53,987 nucleotides of DNA from an uncultured Actinomycetes bacterium. Its GTDB lineage: Bacteria; Actinomycetota; Geothermincolia; Geothermincolales; RBG-13-55-18. Within the stretch, counting starts at the first letter, position 1; each line of letters begins with the position of its first letter. Below are positions 37,017 to 47,388 of this stretch, piece after piece. The position numbers and the translations under genes were made by a program. Under the pieces are notes generated by a model. That model ran no database searches. It was not told the origin of the DNA and saw nothing but the letters and a program-made list of their open reading frames with translations. The stretch is from assembly GCA_937128055.1 (NCBI GenBank), contig CAKZMC010000160.1:1-53987 (forward strand). Direction: 5' to 3'.

Positions 37017-37682
37017 ATGAGGGAAACGGATTTGCGCTCTGTAAACTCTCTCCTCTTCGACCTGGACGGCACCCTGGTGGACACCATCCAGCTCATCCTG
37101 TATTCCTTCCGGGAGACCTTCCGCATCCTGGGGCTGCCGCCGCGCAGCGAACGCGAGCTGCTGCTGCAGGTGGGACGCCCGCTCCTGGAGCAGGCATGGG
37201 ACATCGATCCCGAGCATGCCGAGGACATCTACCAACTCTACCGGCGCGTCTACGACGATAATTACCAGCATTTGGTAAAGGAATATCCTGGCGTGAGGGA
37301 AGCGCTGGCCGAGTTGAGGCGGAACGGTTACCGCCTGGCAGTGGTGACTTCCAAGCGGCGCCGCAGCGCCTCGCGTGATCTTGAGGTGTTTGGCCTGGCA
37401 CTTTACTGCGAGGTCCTGGTGACCGCCGAGGATACGGAAAACCACAAGCCCGATCCGGAGCCGGTCCTCAAGGCCCTGGAGAAGCTGGGCATTTCACCGC
37501 GGCAGGCCACCTTCATAGGAGACAGCCCGTACGACGTGCGCAGCGCGCATGCCGCGGGCCTGTCTGCCGGGGTGGTGGGGTGGGGACCTTTTCCCAGGGA
37601 GATACTGGAAAAAGAAAGCCCGGACTACTGGATCCCAGACCCACAGAGCCTGCCGCGCATCTTCCCTGGAAGGGGAGGTTGA
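37017..37682 (+). CDS. HAD hydrolase (PpaX/Gph-like)
   Basis: FDLDGTLVDT, VTSK, KPDPEP and GDSPYD motifs. Confidence 0.9.
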   Translation: MRETDLRSVNSLLFDLDGTLVDTIQLILYSFRETFRILGLPPRSERELLLQVGRPLLEQAWDIDPEHAEDIYQLYRRVYDDNYQHLVKEYPGVREALAELRRNGYRLAVVTSKRRRSASRDLEVFGLALYCEVLVTAEDTENHKPDPEPVLKALEKLGISPRQATFIGDSPYDVRSAHAAGLSAGVVGWGPFPREILEKESPDYWIPDPQSLPRIFPGRGG

Positions 37683-37944
37683 GGGGGCGGGAGAGAAAGG
37701 CCCTCCGCGCGGCAAGCGCGACACCACCAGGGAAGGAAAAGCCCCCGTGCCGAGCCGCGAAGGGCGTAACCGGCATATGCCCGTGAGAACGAGGGATTCC
37801 ACGGGCGCATGACGATGTGGGCCGGCGCGGCCCTCGCCGGTGGGATCCGCGACCTCAAGTTCGTCACAGGCGCTTCCGATTTAAGGATGGGCGTGAACAG
37901 CGCCCGTCTTTTGCGGTTATGTATCTGCGAGCAAGGAGCCTTGA

Positions 37945-39002
37945 GTGAAAGCGAGGAAATGCTCCGCCTGCGGGGTCCCCAAGCTGGTGAGCAAGGGTCA
38001 CGAGTGGACGAGCGGCGGAGCCATCGTGAGCAAGAAGAACCCGGTTTTCCGCATGATCTTCTGGGAGAGTGATTACATATCCCGGGTACTGGGCATCTTG
38101 CAGCAAATCACCGAGGTACCCCTGGAACGCATGGTCATAGAGCTTACCCGCAAAGCAAGTCATGATTACGTGACGAGCTACATATACCCCGCCTTGCTCA
38201 AGGTCATCAACCGGGTATCCCTCAACCCTTTCACCAAGAACCTGCTCTCCCTGCTGCGCGCCTACGGTTTCGGCGAGGCGAGCTTTCATGAGGTGCAGTA
38301 CAGGAAGGGGGAGGACGACTACGTGATCGTGAAGGTGAAGAACCCCTATTACCTTCCCTCTTGCGCCGGCACCCTGCTCGGTGGCGTGGAAGCCGTCTGC
38401 GGGCGAGAGGGCAGCGTGAGAAACGAGGAGATCGCGCCCGGTGAATACCTGCTGGACGCGTACATCTCCAACCACCCCATGGAGTTCAGCGGGCGCTTGC
38501 ACTTACGCCACTACCCCGCAAAGCCGGGCGAAATCGCATTCGAGCGCTGTCCTTCCTGCGGGAGCCCCGCGAACTCTCCGCCTACAACTGGGACATGGAG
38601 AGGGGGATCATCACGAGGAAGCAGGACGGAGCGCGCATGGCGCTGGGAGCCTTCGGGATCTACGACGCGCTCATCGAGGACCTGAAGCAGGAGCTGGGAA
38701 GGCATATCCCGCGCCTTGTCGCGGAGTCGGCGAGGCGCTGCGCCACCGGGGGCCGCTTCGAGGCGGACCTGGTGAGCCGGGAGGGCATCGTGCGCCGCCA
38801 GATGGCGCTGCAGGGATTGGGCAACCTGCGCAGGTACGTGGTCCAGAAGGACCACATGCTGGTGAAGATAGAGAACGCCTGCCTGCATCCCATAATGGCG
38901 GGCACCTTCCAGGGCTTCTTCGAGCTCATCTCCGGCCGCCGGGGCGAGGTGGAGTGGGACTGCGCCCCGGACGGCGACCTGAGCATCACGGTATGGGCCT
39001 GA
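37945..39002 (+). pseudogene. frameshifted paralog of 44233-45312 (tandem CxxC + V4R-like domains)
   Basis: ORFs 37945-38685 and 38595-39002 fuse if one C is added to the C4 run at 38565-38568, giving GSPRELSAYNWDMERG. May be a sequencing error. Confidence 0.7.
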
Positions 39003-39228
39003 GGGCGGCGCGCTTGCCGGGATGCCGTCCCCGGCGGCAGAGGCGGCCGCTCGGGGCCGCCGGGCGGCCAGGGACCACGCAGCGGAATCTTGGCCGGGGA
39101 AGAGGGCCCTCCGGTTTCCTCTCCCTGCATCGATCTCCGGATTTGCGGGTAGAATAAGGTGGAACGGGAGCACCTGCGGGCGCTCCTCCCGTGCGTCGGG
39201 AAGGTCCCCAAGAGGCGGGGGGACGGCC

Positions 39229-40623
39229 ATGGTGGATGTTGTGAGCGAGCTCAGGGAGATAGTGGGCGGAGATAACGTCCTCGCGGGGCTCTCCTCCCTG
39301 CGACGCTTCTTCCAGGACCCGGTAGGGGATTGCGGGCTGGTGCTGGTGAGGCCGCGGGACGAATACGAGCTCAACGAGGTCATGGTCGCGGCTTACCGGA
39401 ACGGCTGCTCCGTTTACTCCCTGCGGCGCGAACAGATAGACGCTTCCCTTGCCCGCGGCAGGGGAGTTCTCCTGGATCTCTCGCGCATGGACACCGTCAA
39501 GAAGATAGACCGGCGCAACCTCATGGCGCACATATACGCCGGCGTGACCTACGAGAGCCTGCAGAAGGAATGCCTCGAGAGGGGCTGCAAGCTGCTCCTC
39601 CCCGCCGCGGCGCGTTCCCGCTCCGTCCTCCGCTCCTACCTGGACCGGGACATCCTCAACGGCAACGCCGTCCACCGCTTCCCGCAACTGTCCCTCTTCC
39701 ACGCCGTGCTCAGCGACGGCCGCGTCTGGATATCCGGCTCCCAGCAGTTGACGTCGGAAGGCATAGCGGATTTCCGCGAGGACCAGGGGCCCCAGCTCTC
39801 ACCCTTCTTCGGCGCCAGCGAGGATATCTTCGGCATACCGTTCTATGGAATAATTTACCTTTACCCTCTGCGGGAGGAGCGGCGCGTGCTCCTCTTCGGC
39901 TTCGAGGAACTGGAGCCGGCTCTCGCGCTGGCCTACAAGGTGAACCGCGAGGAGCACTGCTTCGAGTGCCTGACCGCCGATGCCCGCTACCTCTCGGTGC
40001 TCCTTTCCTCGCGCGCGGACGACGCAGAGGGCCTGCGCGCGCGCCTTCCCGCCTGGACCACGGCGGTGAGCCTGGAGCATCACGCCGAGCTGGTGGACCT
40101 CTGGGAGAAGTACGTGCGGGAGGACGCGACCCGCCTGGGAGGGAGGCCGCTGGACGCGGAGCTGGCGGCGGCGGTGGACAGGAAGCTACAGGTGCCGTGG
40201 TACGTGCAGGAGCGCGACTACCTGCGCGGACGTTGCGAGCTGGTGGAACATTACGACCTGCGCAAGCGCATACCGCGCCTGTTGTCCATGGTGCGCGAGG
40301 CTGCGGAGGCGCGGGGATACCCGCGCGGGGAGGTGGGCCAAGCTCTCATCCCCGTCTACTTCGGCGGCTCCTTCTACTGCGAGAGCGACCTCTACTTCGA
40401 CCCCTCGCGCGAGAGCGAGAGGGAGAGGGCGCGGGAGGCCGTTCTCGCCGGCTATCGCGTGCTGCTCGAGGAGGGGAGCTACGTGGACCGCCCGCGGGGG
40501 GAGGTCGCGGAAATGGTCTACGGGCGCGCCAACGCGGGGTTCGTCAAGGCGATGAGAACCCTCAAGGACATCCTCGATCCCCGGGGTCTGCTGAACCCCG
40601 GCCAGCTTCTGGAGGGGGTGTAG
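39229..40623 (+). CDS. FAD-linked oxidase family (GlcD/VAO fold) subunit, degenerate FAD loop
   Basis: GVLLDLSRMD, AGVTY and C-terminal LKDILDPRGLLNPG; no Gly-rich PP loop. Confidence 0.8.
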   Translation: MVDVVSELREIVGGDNVLAGLSSLRRFFQDPVGDCGLVLVRPRDEYELNEVMVAAYRNGCSVYSLRREQIDASLARGRGVLLDLSRMDTVKKIDRRNLMAHIYAGVTYESLQKECLERGCKLLLPAAARSRSVLRSYLDRDILNGNAVHRFPQLSLFHAVLSDGRVWISGSQQLTSEGIADFREDQGPQLSPFFGASEDIFGIPFYGIIYLYPLREERRVLLFGFEELEPALALAYKVNREEHCFECLTADARYLSVLLSSRADDAEGLRARLPAWTTAVSLEHHAELVDLWEKYVREDATRLGGRPLDAELAAAVDRKLQVPWYVQERDYLRGRCELVEHYDLRKRIPRLLSMVREAAEARGYPRGEVGQALIPVYFGGSFYCESDLYFDPSRESERERAREAVLAGYRVLLEEGSYVDRPRGEVAEMVYGRANAGFVKAMRTLKDILDPRGLLNPGQLLEGV

Positions 40624-40626
40624 GGG

Positions 40627-41847
40627 ATGAAGAGGCGCCTTACCGCTCCCCGCGAGGTTCTGGCCGAGCTGCAGCAGGATTACTTCATCTGCACGAAATG
40701 CAAGATCTGCCAGGCGGTGCACGTGCAGTTCTGCGACGATTCCCGCTTCTGGCGCAACTGCCCTTCCGGCACCCGCTTCCGCTGGGACGCTTATTACGCC
40801 TCGGGGAAGATGGAGATCGCCCGTGGACTGCACCTTCACGAGCTGGAGCCGGGCGATTCCCTGCGCCATGTCCTCTACACCTGCATGCTCTGCTCATCGT
40901 GCCAGGAGCAGTGCTACGAGGTGAAGCAACTGCACCCCACGCGCGTCTTCGAGCTCATGCGCGAGAAAGCGGTACGCGAGGGGTGGGGACCTATGCCCGA
41001 GCACGAGCCGCTGCGCCGTAGTATGGAAGAAAATGGCAATCCCTTCGGGCTGGAAAGCCGGCGGCGGGGTGACTGGGCCAGGGGTCTGGGGATGAAACGC
41101 CTGCCGCGCGAGAAGGCGCAGGCGCTCTTCTTTGCGGGCGACGCCTATGCCTCCGATCCCTCCCTGCGCCGCGCCGTGCGCGCCGCGGCGCGTGTCCTCC
41201 TGAGGGCGGGCCTGGACCTGGGCACTCTGGCCGCCCGCGAGAAGAGCGACGGGGCCCTCATGCTCCTCCTGGGCGACCGCGATCTATTCGAGACCTTCGC
41301 CTGCGAGAACATCGGGACCTTCAACCGCTTAGGGGTGAGCACGATCGTCACCCCCGACCCCCACGCCGCCTGGGTCTTCAAGGAGGAGTACGCGCGGGAG
41401 CTCGACCCGGGCGTGGAAGTGAGGCACACCAGCGAGGTCTTCAGCCGCCTGCTCGGTGAGGGCGCGCTGAAACCCGAAGGGGAAGTCCCCATGAAGGCGG
41501 TTTACCATGACCCGTGCAAGCTGGGAAGGCGCTTCGACATCTACCAAGAGCCCCGCGAGGTCCTCCGTGCCATCCCCGGGCTGGAGCTCTTGGAATTCCC
41601 CCGTGCCACCTTCAATTCCCTGTGCTGCGGGGGAGGGGGAGGAGTTCCCTACGCCTTCCCGGACTTCGCTCTCTGGACGGCCGGGGAGCGGCTCCGCGAG
41701 GCGGAGAGCACGGGGGCGGAGGCGATCGTCACCGCCTGTCCCTACTGCCTGCAGATGTTCGGCAAGGCGGTCGCGGCGGCGGGAAGCGGGATGAAGGTAT
41801 ACGACCTGGCGGAGCTGCTGCTCGCCTCGCTGGGGGAGGAGGCGTAG
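40627..41847 (+). CDS. Fe-S oxidoreductase (GlcF/HdrD-like: ferredoxin + CCG domains)
   Basis: CTKCKIC..CP, CMLCSSCQEQC, HDPCKLGR, CCGGGGG and TACPYC motifs. Confidence 0.88.
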   Translation: MKRRLTAPREVLAELQQDYFICTKCKICQAVHVQFCDDSRFWRNCPSGTRFRWDAYYASGKMEIARGLHLHELEPGDSLRHVLYTCMLCSSCQEQCYEVKQLHPTRVFELMREKAVREGWGPMPEHEPLRRSMEENGNPFGLESRRRGDWARGLGMKRLPREKAQALFFAGDAYASDPSLRRAVRAAARVLLRAGLDLGTLAAREKSDGALMLLLGDRDLFETFACENIGTFNRLGVSTIVTPDPHAAWVFKEEYARELDPGVEVRHTSEVFSRLLGEGALKPEGEVPMKAVYHDPCKLGRRFDIYQEPREVLRAIPGLELLEFPRATFNSLCCGGGGGVPYAFPDFALWTAGERLREAESTGAEAIVTACPYCLQMFGKAVAAAGSGMKVYDLAELLLASLGEEA

Positions 41848-41851
41848 GAGG

Positions 41852-43495
41852 ATGTGGATCAGGGACGCGGTGCGGGACATAAAGGAGCGCAGAATAAACG
41901 GCATTATATTCCAGCACGAGGCGGAGCCCCTCCACAACCGCCCCGATGACCTGGCTCGCGCCAGGGAGATGCTCGCGGAGGCCCTGGGTGCGGAGTGGGT
42001 GAGCGACGACCCGGCGATCCTCATCGGCTACTCCCGTGACCAGGGCCCCTTGCCGGCGCGCTATCCCCACCTGGTGGTCATGCCGCAGAGCAGCGAGGAG
42101 GTGGCGGAGGTCTATCGCGTGGCCAACGAGTGCGGGGTGGACGTCATCCCCATGGGTACCGGACTCACCACCATGGGCCTGCACATCCCCATGTACGGCG
42201 GCATCGTCATGGACCTGCGGCGCATGGACCGCATCCTGGAGGTGGACGGGGAGAACATGTTCATGGTGATCCAGCCGGGGGTGAATTACCTGGCGGCGCA
42301 GGTGGAGGCGCAGAAGGTGGGATGCCGGGTGCTCAATCCCTCCACCGCGGCCACGGCGGGGGTCATCTCCAACCACGCCTTCTGCAACATCAATACCCTG
42401 GCCTCCAAGTACGGGTTCGGCATGGACAACATCATCGACGTGACCATGGTCATGCCCGACGGCACCATCCTCAAGACCGGCCCCGCGGCCTGCGGGTCGG
42501 TGAAAGCGCACGTGCCGGGGCCCGGCCCCGACATGTCCTCCCTCTTCCGCTACGCCTACGGCACCCTGGGGACGGTGACCGAGATGACCCTGCGCCTCTA
42601 CCCGGAGCCGCGCCATACATACCAGATATTCCCGGTATATGAAGAGGACGACCTGACCGTCGTTATCGACGTGCTCTACAGGGTCGCCAACGAGAACCTC
42701 GCCCTGGAGCTGGCCCACATGCAGAACTCCTTCTTCGGCATCTTCGTGGGGGAGACGAACGCGCAGGCCAGCGCCGTCGCGGGAGCCTTCCCCCGCAACA
42801 ACCTCCTCACCATCTTCGGCGGCTGCAGCGAGGAGGAGGCGAGGCTCAAGGCCGAGATAGTACAGCGGGCCATACTGGAGATCGACCCCGCCTGGGGTTT
42901 CCTGCCGGCGGAGATGGTGGAGGAGATCGCGGGGGAACTGCGCAGCGTCAACCTCGACCGCTGGCAGAAATACTTCAACGTCACCGTGCGCGTCATGAGG
43001 GTAAGGGGATCCTTCCTCATCGGGGCCCTCATCGGCCACCTGGACGATTTCCTGGAGGCGGAACGCGACATGCGCCGGGTGACCAGCGACCAGGTGGGCC
43101 ATAGCGAGGACATCCTCCCTCCCGACGACGCCTCCACCTACCTGCAGCCCTACCACATGGGCCGTTCCGCCTACATGGAGTACGATCTCTATGCCAACCA
43201 GGGGGACAAGGACGACAACATGCGCATGTTCCTGACCTACATGCGCGCCATGTTCCAGGGGCAGCTTGCCCACGGCCTGGTGCTGGCCGCAGGCGCCCTT
43301 CCGCTCTACAAGGGAATGCCGCTGCCGCTCCCCGCGTGGATGCCGGGGCTCGACGATCTCATGGCCCTCTTCATGCCCGGCGCCTCGACTTACCTGGACA
43401 CCTTCACCGCCTTCAAGATGGCGGTGGACCCCAACAACGTGGCCAACCGCAGGTGGGATTACCGCACGGGGTTGTGCAAGAAGATCTCCCTATAG
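41852..43495 (+). CDS. FAD-linked oxidase family (GlcD/VAO fold) subunit
   Basis: PMGTGLT, GGIVMDLRRMDRI, GPDMSSLF..GTLG and KMAVDPNN motifs. Confidence 0.85.
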   Translation: MWIRDAVRDIKERRINGIIFQHEAEPLHNRPDDLARAREMLAEALGAEWVSDDPAILIGYSRDQGPLPARYPHLVVMPQSSEEVAEVYRVANECGVDVIPMGTGLTTMGLHIPMYGGIVMDLRRMDRILEVDGENMFMVIQPGVNYLAAQVEAQKVGCRVLNPSTAATAGVISNHAFCNINTLASKYGFGMDNIIDVTMVMPDGTILKTGPAACGSVKAHVPGPGPDMSSLFRYAYGTLGTVTEMTLRLYPEPRHTYQIFPVYEEDDLTVVIDVLYRVANENLALELAHMQNSFFGIFVGETNAQASAVAGAFPRNNLLTIFGGCSEEEARLKAEIVQRAILEIDPAWGFLPAEMVEEIAGELRSVNLDRWQKYFNVTVRVMRVRGSFLIGALIGHLDDFLEAERDMRRVTSDQVGHSEDILPPDDASTYLQPYHMGRSAYMEYDLYANQGDKDDNMRMFLTYMRAMFQGQLAHGLVLAAGALPLYKGMPLPLPAWMPGLDDLMALFMPGASTYLDTFTAFKMAVDPNNVANRRWDYRTGLCKKISL

Positions 43496-43505
43496 CGGCG
43501 GCGGC

Positions 43506-44006
43506 TCAGCACACCTTTTCCATCACCTCGCGGGCGAAGGCGCGCGCCTTCTCCAGGCGGGACTCGTCGGGCTGTCCCTTGGTCTGCGGCGCGTACTCCG
43601 CGAACTGGCGGTGGCGCGGGTTCTCGCTCTTGGAAAGGAATTCCATGATGGCTTCGGCCATCTCTCCCTGGCAGTTGAACATCCCCACCAGGTCCACGTC
43701 CACCAGCGACGCCCTGCAATTTTCCAGGTAACGGGCGACGTTCTCGCCGTCCTCGGGGTTGGAGTGGGTGATGAAGACGGCCACCTTCCTGCCCCGCGCC
43801 TTTTCCTCCAGGAAGGCCTTGGCGTCGCTCGCCGGGTTGGCGGCGTGGATGGGGAACCCGATGAAGGCGAGGTCGAAGCCCTCGAGGCTTTCCACTTCGC
43901 CCAGGGGTTTGAGTTCCTTATCCGCCTCGATGGCATCGTAGATTGCCTCGGCCACCTTCCGGGTGTTCCCCGTCTGGGAAAGGTAAGCCACAAGAACTTT
44001 CATCAT
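43506..44006 (-). CDS. flavodoxin-family protein
   Basis: YLSQTGNTRKVAEAI FMN loop, FIGFP, F.CQGE. Confidence 0.88.
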   Translation of the reverse strand: MMKVLVAYLSQTGNTRKVAEAIYDAIEADKELKPLGEVESLEGFDLAFIGFPIHAANPASDAKAFLEEKARGRKVAVFITHSNPEDGENVARYLENCRASLVDVDLVGMFNCQGEMAEAIMEFLSKSENPRHRQFAEYAPQTKGQPDESRLEKARAFAREVMEKVC

Positions 44007-44232
44007 GCACCTCCTCGCACGCGACTGTTAAGCCGGAAGCCCCGCAAGCGGTCCTGTGTGACACAGAACAATTCTACCAGAAGTTGACGGCAGGTTAACG
44101 AAAATGGCGGGATGACATATCCCCGCGCCTCCCGTAGCGCGGGCGGGGATAATGCGGATACTATGATAGACGGGAGGACGCTGGGAAAGCGAGGACGCAG
44201 GGAAGGCGATAGGGGCGGATAAGGAGGCTTTC

Positions 44233-45312
44233 ATGGCAAAGGTTAAATCGTGCGTGGAGTGCGGCGTTCCGCTCGCGGTGAGCCGGGATCACGTCTGGCA
44301 CGAAAACGGGGTGATAGCCCAGGCCAAGAACCCCGATCACCGCATGGTCTTCTTCGAGTCCGAGAACATAGACCGCGTTTTCCAAAAGATCGAGGAGATC
44401 ATCGGCATATCCGTGGAACGCATAGTGGTGGAAAGCCAGCGCCGTTCTACCAGGGAATACCTGGAAAAGCAGTTTCCGCTGGCGGTGAGGAGGATGCTTT
44501 ACTTCATGCAGCCGGGGTTGATAGCGAAGCGAATGGCAGGGATCGCCAACCTTTACGGGTACGGGCACGTAGAGCTGGTGGAGGTGCGCGCGGGCTATTT
44601 GTGGCGCGCGAGGAAGGGTGAAGACTACCTGGTCATGACCATCAAGCATCCCTATTCCATCTATCGCTACAGCGGCGACAACCTGGGGGGCATGGAGGCG
44701 GTCACGGGGCGCGCCTGCTCGGTGACCCGGGAGAGGACCGGCGAGGACACCTACCGGCTGGAACTGACGGTGGGCCGTCACCCGGTGGAGCTGGAGGAAA
44801 GGCTGGCGCGGCGGAAATACGCTTACAAGGAAGGAAGTATCCGTATGGAGAGGTGCCCGGCTTGCGGCGTCCCCCGGGGAGTGGCGCGCTGCAGGTGGGA
44901 CCTGGAGAACGGGACGATCACCGATCCCGACACGGGCAGGAGGATGGCTCTCTTCGGGCCCGCCTCCCTGGAAGCCGCCTTCGGCGAGCTGGAAAGCGAA
45001 TTGGGGGAGACCATCCCGGACACCGTCATCGAGGCGCAGCGTCGCTTCGTGAGGGAGGCGATGCGCAAGGGTGACTGGCGAGCCTATACCTCGTCGCTGG
45101 AGGAAATCCTGGCCACGCGGGGGCTGGGCATGCTCGCCGCGTTCGAGGCGGACGACCGGAGGCTCGCGCTCACCATCCAGAACCCCTGCCTCCACCTCTG
45201 GGTGGTGGGCCTGGTGCAGGGGATTTTCGAGCTGGAAACAGGCCACGAGACCTCGAATCGCGAATGGAGCCTCGCTCCCGACGGCGACCTCACCGTAACG
45301 GTGAGCGCGTAA
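44233..45312 (+). CDS. hypothetical protein with duplicated CxxC + V4R-like modules
   Basis: CVECGVP and CPACGVP each start a half; YGYGH, GLGML and IQNPC are V4R-like motifs. Confidence 0.75.
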   Translation: MAKVKSCVECGVPLAVSRDHVWHENGVIAQAKNPDHRMVFFESENIDRVFQKIEEIIGISVERIVVESQRRSTREYLEKQFPLAVRRMLYFMQPGLIAKRMAGIANLYGYGHVELVEVRAGYLWRARKGEDYLVMTIKHPYSIYRYSGDNLGGMEAVTGRACSVTRERTGEDTYRLELTVGRHPVELEERLARRKYAYKEGSIRMERCPACGVPRGVARCRWDLENGTITDPDTGRRMALFGPASLEAAFGELESELGETIPDTVIEAQRRFVREAMRKGDWRAYTSSLEEILATRGLGMLAAFEADDRRLALTIQNPCLHLWVVGLVQGIFELETGHETSNREWSLAPDGDLTVTVSA

Positions 45313-45480
45313 CGCGCTCGCGCCGCGGCTTGAGCGGCGGGTCTTCCCGGTGCCGGGTTGACGGCGGTCATGGAGGCGTCCTCGCGCCTCAAACATAATT
45401 GTGACCAGGCTCCTTTCGTGTACGGGGATTTGGTAAGGGCCTACAGGCTTAAGAGTGTGCCCGAGGCGGGGAGGGAGAGA

Positions 45481-46476
45481 TTGCAAGAATTCGACAGGAG
45501 GGAATTCCTGGAAAAGGCGGGCTCCGTGGCCGCGGGCCTCGGAGCGCTATACCTGGCCGCGGTCCTGCCGGGATGCGGGAAGGGAGAGAGCGGTACCTGC
45601 CCCGTCGACGAGGGGCCGCCGGCCACCGCAGAGGAGCTGCCGTCGCCGCAACCCGTCGCGGAGGCTCCGGCGGGCATCGTGGTGGTGAGAGGGAGCGACC
45701 CCGCCACCATGCTGCGCCGTGGCCTGGAGGAGCGGGGTGACTCCGCCCGGCTCGATCCCTCGGGCAAGAAGGTGCTCATCAAGGTGAACGCCGCATTCGC
45801 GCGTTCCCCGCAGGAAGCCACCACCACCCATCCGGACCTGGTGGCCGAGGCGGTGAGGTTTTTCCTGGCGGCCGGCGCGGCGAAAGTCACGGTGTACGAC
45901 CATATACTCCAGGACCTGGTGGATCCCACCCTGGAAAAGAACGGCATCGGGCCGGCGGCGCGCGCGGCGGGGGCGGAGCTCGCCGTCTACGCGGTGGGAA
46001 AGCCGGGGAAATCGCGAGTGGTGCAGGTCCCCAACGGTCGAGCCCTGCCCTCGGTCGGCATCCTGGAGGAGATCTTCCAGGCGGACATCATCGTCAACAT
46101 GCCCAAGGCCAAGCATCACAGCGGCGCCGGCCTCTCCATGGCCATGAAGAACCTCATCGGATGCACGCAGAACATGGGGCGCATGCACGAGAGCGATCTC
46201 CACCGCGCCATAGCGGAGCTGAACACGGTCATCCGCCCTTCGCTGGTGATCCTGGACGCCACGAGCATCCTCCTGGACAACGGGCCGGGAGGGCCGGGCA
46301 CGGTCTCCCGTCCCGGCACGCTGGTCATCGGCGGCGATCCCGTGGCGGTGGATGCTTATGCCTGCTCCTTTTTCGGGGTGCCGCCGCGCGATATCCGCTA
46401 CCTGTCGCACGGCGAGGAGCTCGGTGTGGGCAGCATGGATTTCCAGTCCCTGGGAGTCAAGGAGGTGGCCGTTTAA
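45481..46476 (+). CDS. DUF362 protein with Tat signal and lipobox
   Basis: RREFL, LPGC, VLIKVN, TTHPDLV, MAMKNLIG and DPVAVDA motifs. Confidence 0.85.
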   Translation: MQEFDRREFLEKAGSVAAGLGALYLAAVLPGCGKGESGTCPVDEGPPATAEELPSPQPVAEAPAGIVVVRGSDPATMLRRGLEERGDSARLDPSGKKVLIKVNAAFARSPQEATTTHPDLVAEAVRFFLAAGAAKVTVYDHILQDLVDPTLEKNGIGPAARAAGAELAVYAVGKPGKSRVVQVPNGRALPSVGILEEIFQADIIVNMPKAKHHSGAGLSMAMKNLIGCTQNMGRMHESDLHRAIAELNTVIRPSLVILDATSILLDNGPGGPGTVSRPGTLVIGGDPVAVDAYACSFFGVPPRDIRYLSHGEELGVGSMDFQSLGVKEVAV

Positions 46477-46479
46477 GGC

Positions 46480-47388
46480 ATGGAGGGCAGGCAGAGGCGT
46501 ATCGCGCGCTGGACGAGGAGGGTGGTGCAGCTCTCCTTCCTCGGATTTTTCGTCGCGCTGGCGTGGGCGGCCTCCTATCCTCCTTCCGGGGCCGTCGGCG
46601 AGAACCTCTTCCTGCGCGTGGACCCCCTGGCGGCCTTCGTCGCCGCGTACGGCAGTTCCCTCTGGCTCTACCTCCTGCCCGCCTGGGTGATGCTGGGGCT
46701 GACCTTCCTGAGCGGGCGCTTCTTCTGCGGCTGGATATGTCCCCTGGGGACCGTGTTGGAAATTATCCCTAGCCCGTGGAAGAGGCGCAGGAGGAAGCTC
46801 TCCGGGCTGCGCGCCCGGGACCTTTCCGGTAGGCCGCTGCGGGAGGGCGACCGCCGCCTGCGCCTTAAGTACCTCTTCCTGGCGGTGCTGGCGCTGCTCT
46901 TCCTTGTGGGCACGAACCTTTTCTGGATCTTCGACCCCCTGGTCGTCGCCAACCGCGCCGTGGTCTTCATCCTTGCCGGCAGCGTACCCCTGGTCTTTGT
47001 CGCCCTCGCCGTCCTTGCGGTGGCGGCCGGACCGCGCTTCTGGTGCCAGGAGATGTGTCCCCTCGGCGCCTGCCTTTCCCTGGCGGGCATGGCCGGCTCG
47101 CGCCTGCCCGCGGCGGCCAGCCCCCTGGCTCTGGTGAAGCGGGAGGAATCGTGCATCCACTGCGGGAAATGCGCCTTGGCCTGTCCCTTCGGCATCGTGG
47201 AGGTGGCCGACGCCCGCAGGACGGGACGGCTCGCCCTGGCCGACTGTGCCCTGTGCGGCGAGTGCGTCGCGGCCTGTCCCCGGGAGGGCGCCCTTTCCCT
47301 GCGGGCCATGGGAGCGCCCATCATGGTTTCGAGGGGGAAGGGGACGACGGGCGAGGCGCGGGAGGAGGGAGCGGCATGCGCGGTGTGA
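46480..47388 (+). CDS. membrane polyferredoxin (NapH/MauN-like)
   Basis: GRFFCGWICPLG, RFWCQEMCPLG and two CxxCxxCxxxCP motifs. Confidence 0.88.
   Translation: MEGRQRRIARWTRRVVQLSFLGFFVALAWAASYPPSGAVGENLFLRVDPLAAFVAAYGSSLWLYLLPAWVMLGLTFLSGRFFCGWICPLGTVLEIIPSPWKRRRRKLSGLRARDLSGRPLREGDRRLRLKYLFLAVLALLFLVGTNLFWIFDPLVVANRAVVFILAGSVPLVFVALAVLAVAAGPRFWCQEMCPLGACLSLAGMAGSRLPAAASPLALVKREESCIHCGKCALACPFGIVEVADARRTGRLALADCALCGECVAACPREGALSLRAMGAPIMVSRGKGTTGEAREEGAACAV

Noticed and set aside
37683-37944. RNase P RNA or riboswitch after the nif3-rnhA operon
   Set aside because: GC hairpins are present, but there is no GAGGAAAGTCC or other recognisable consensus.
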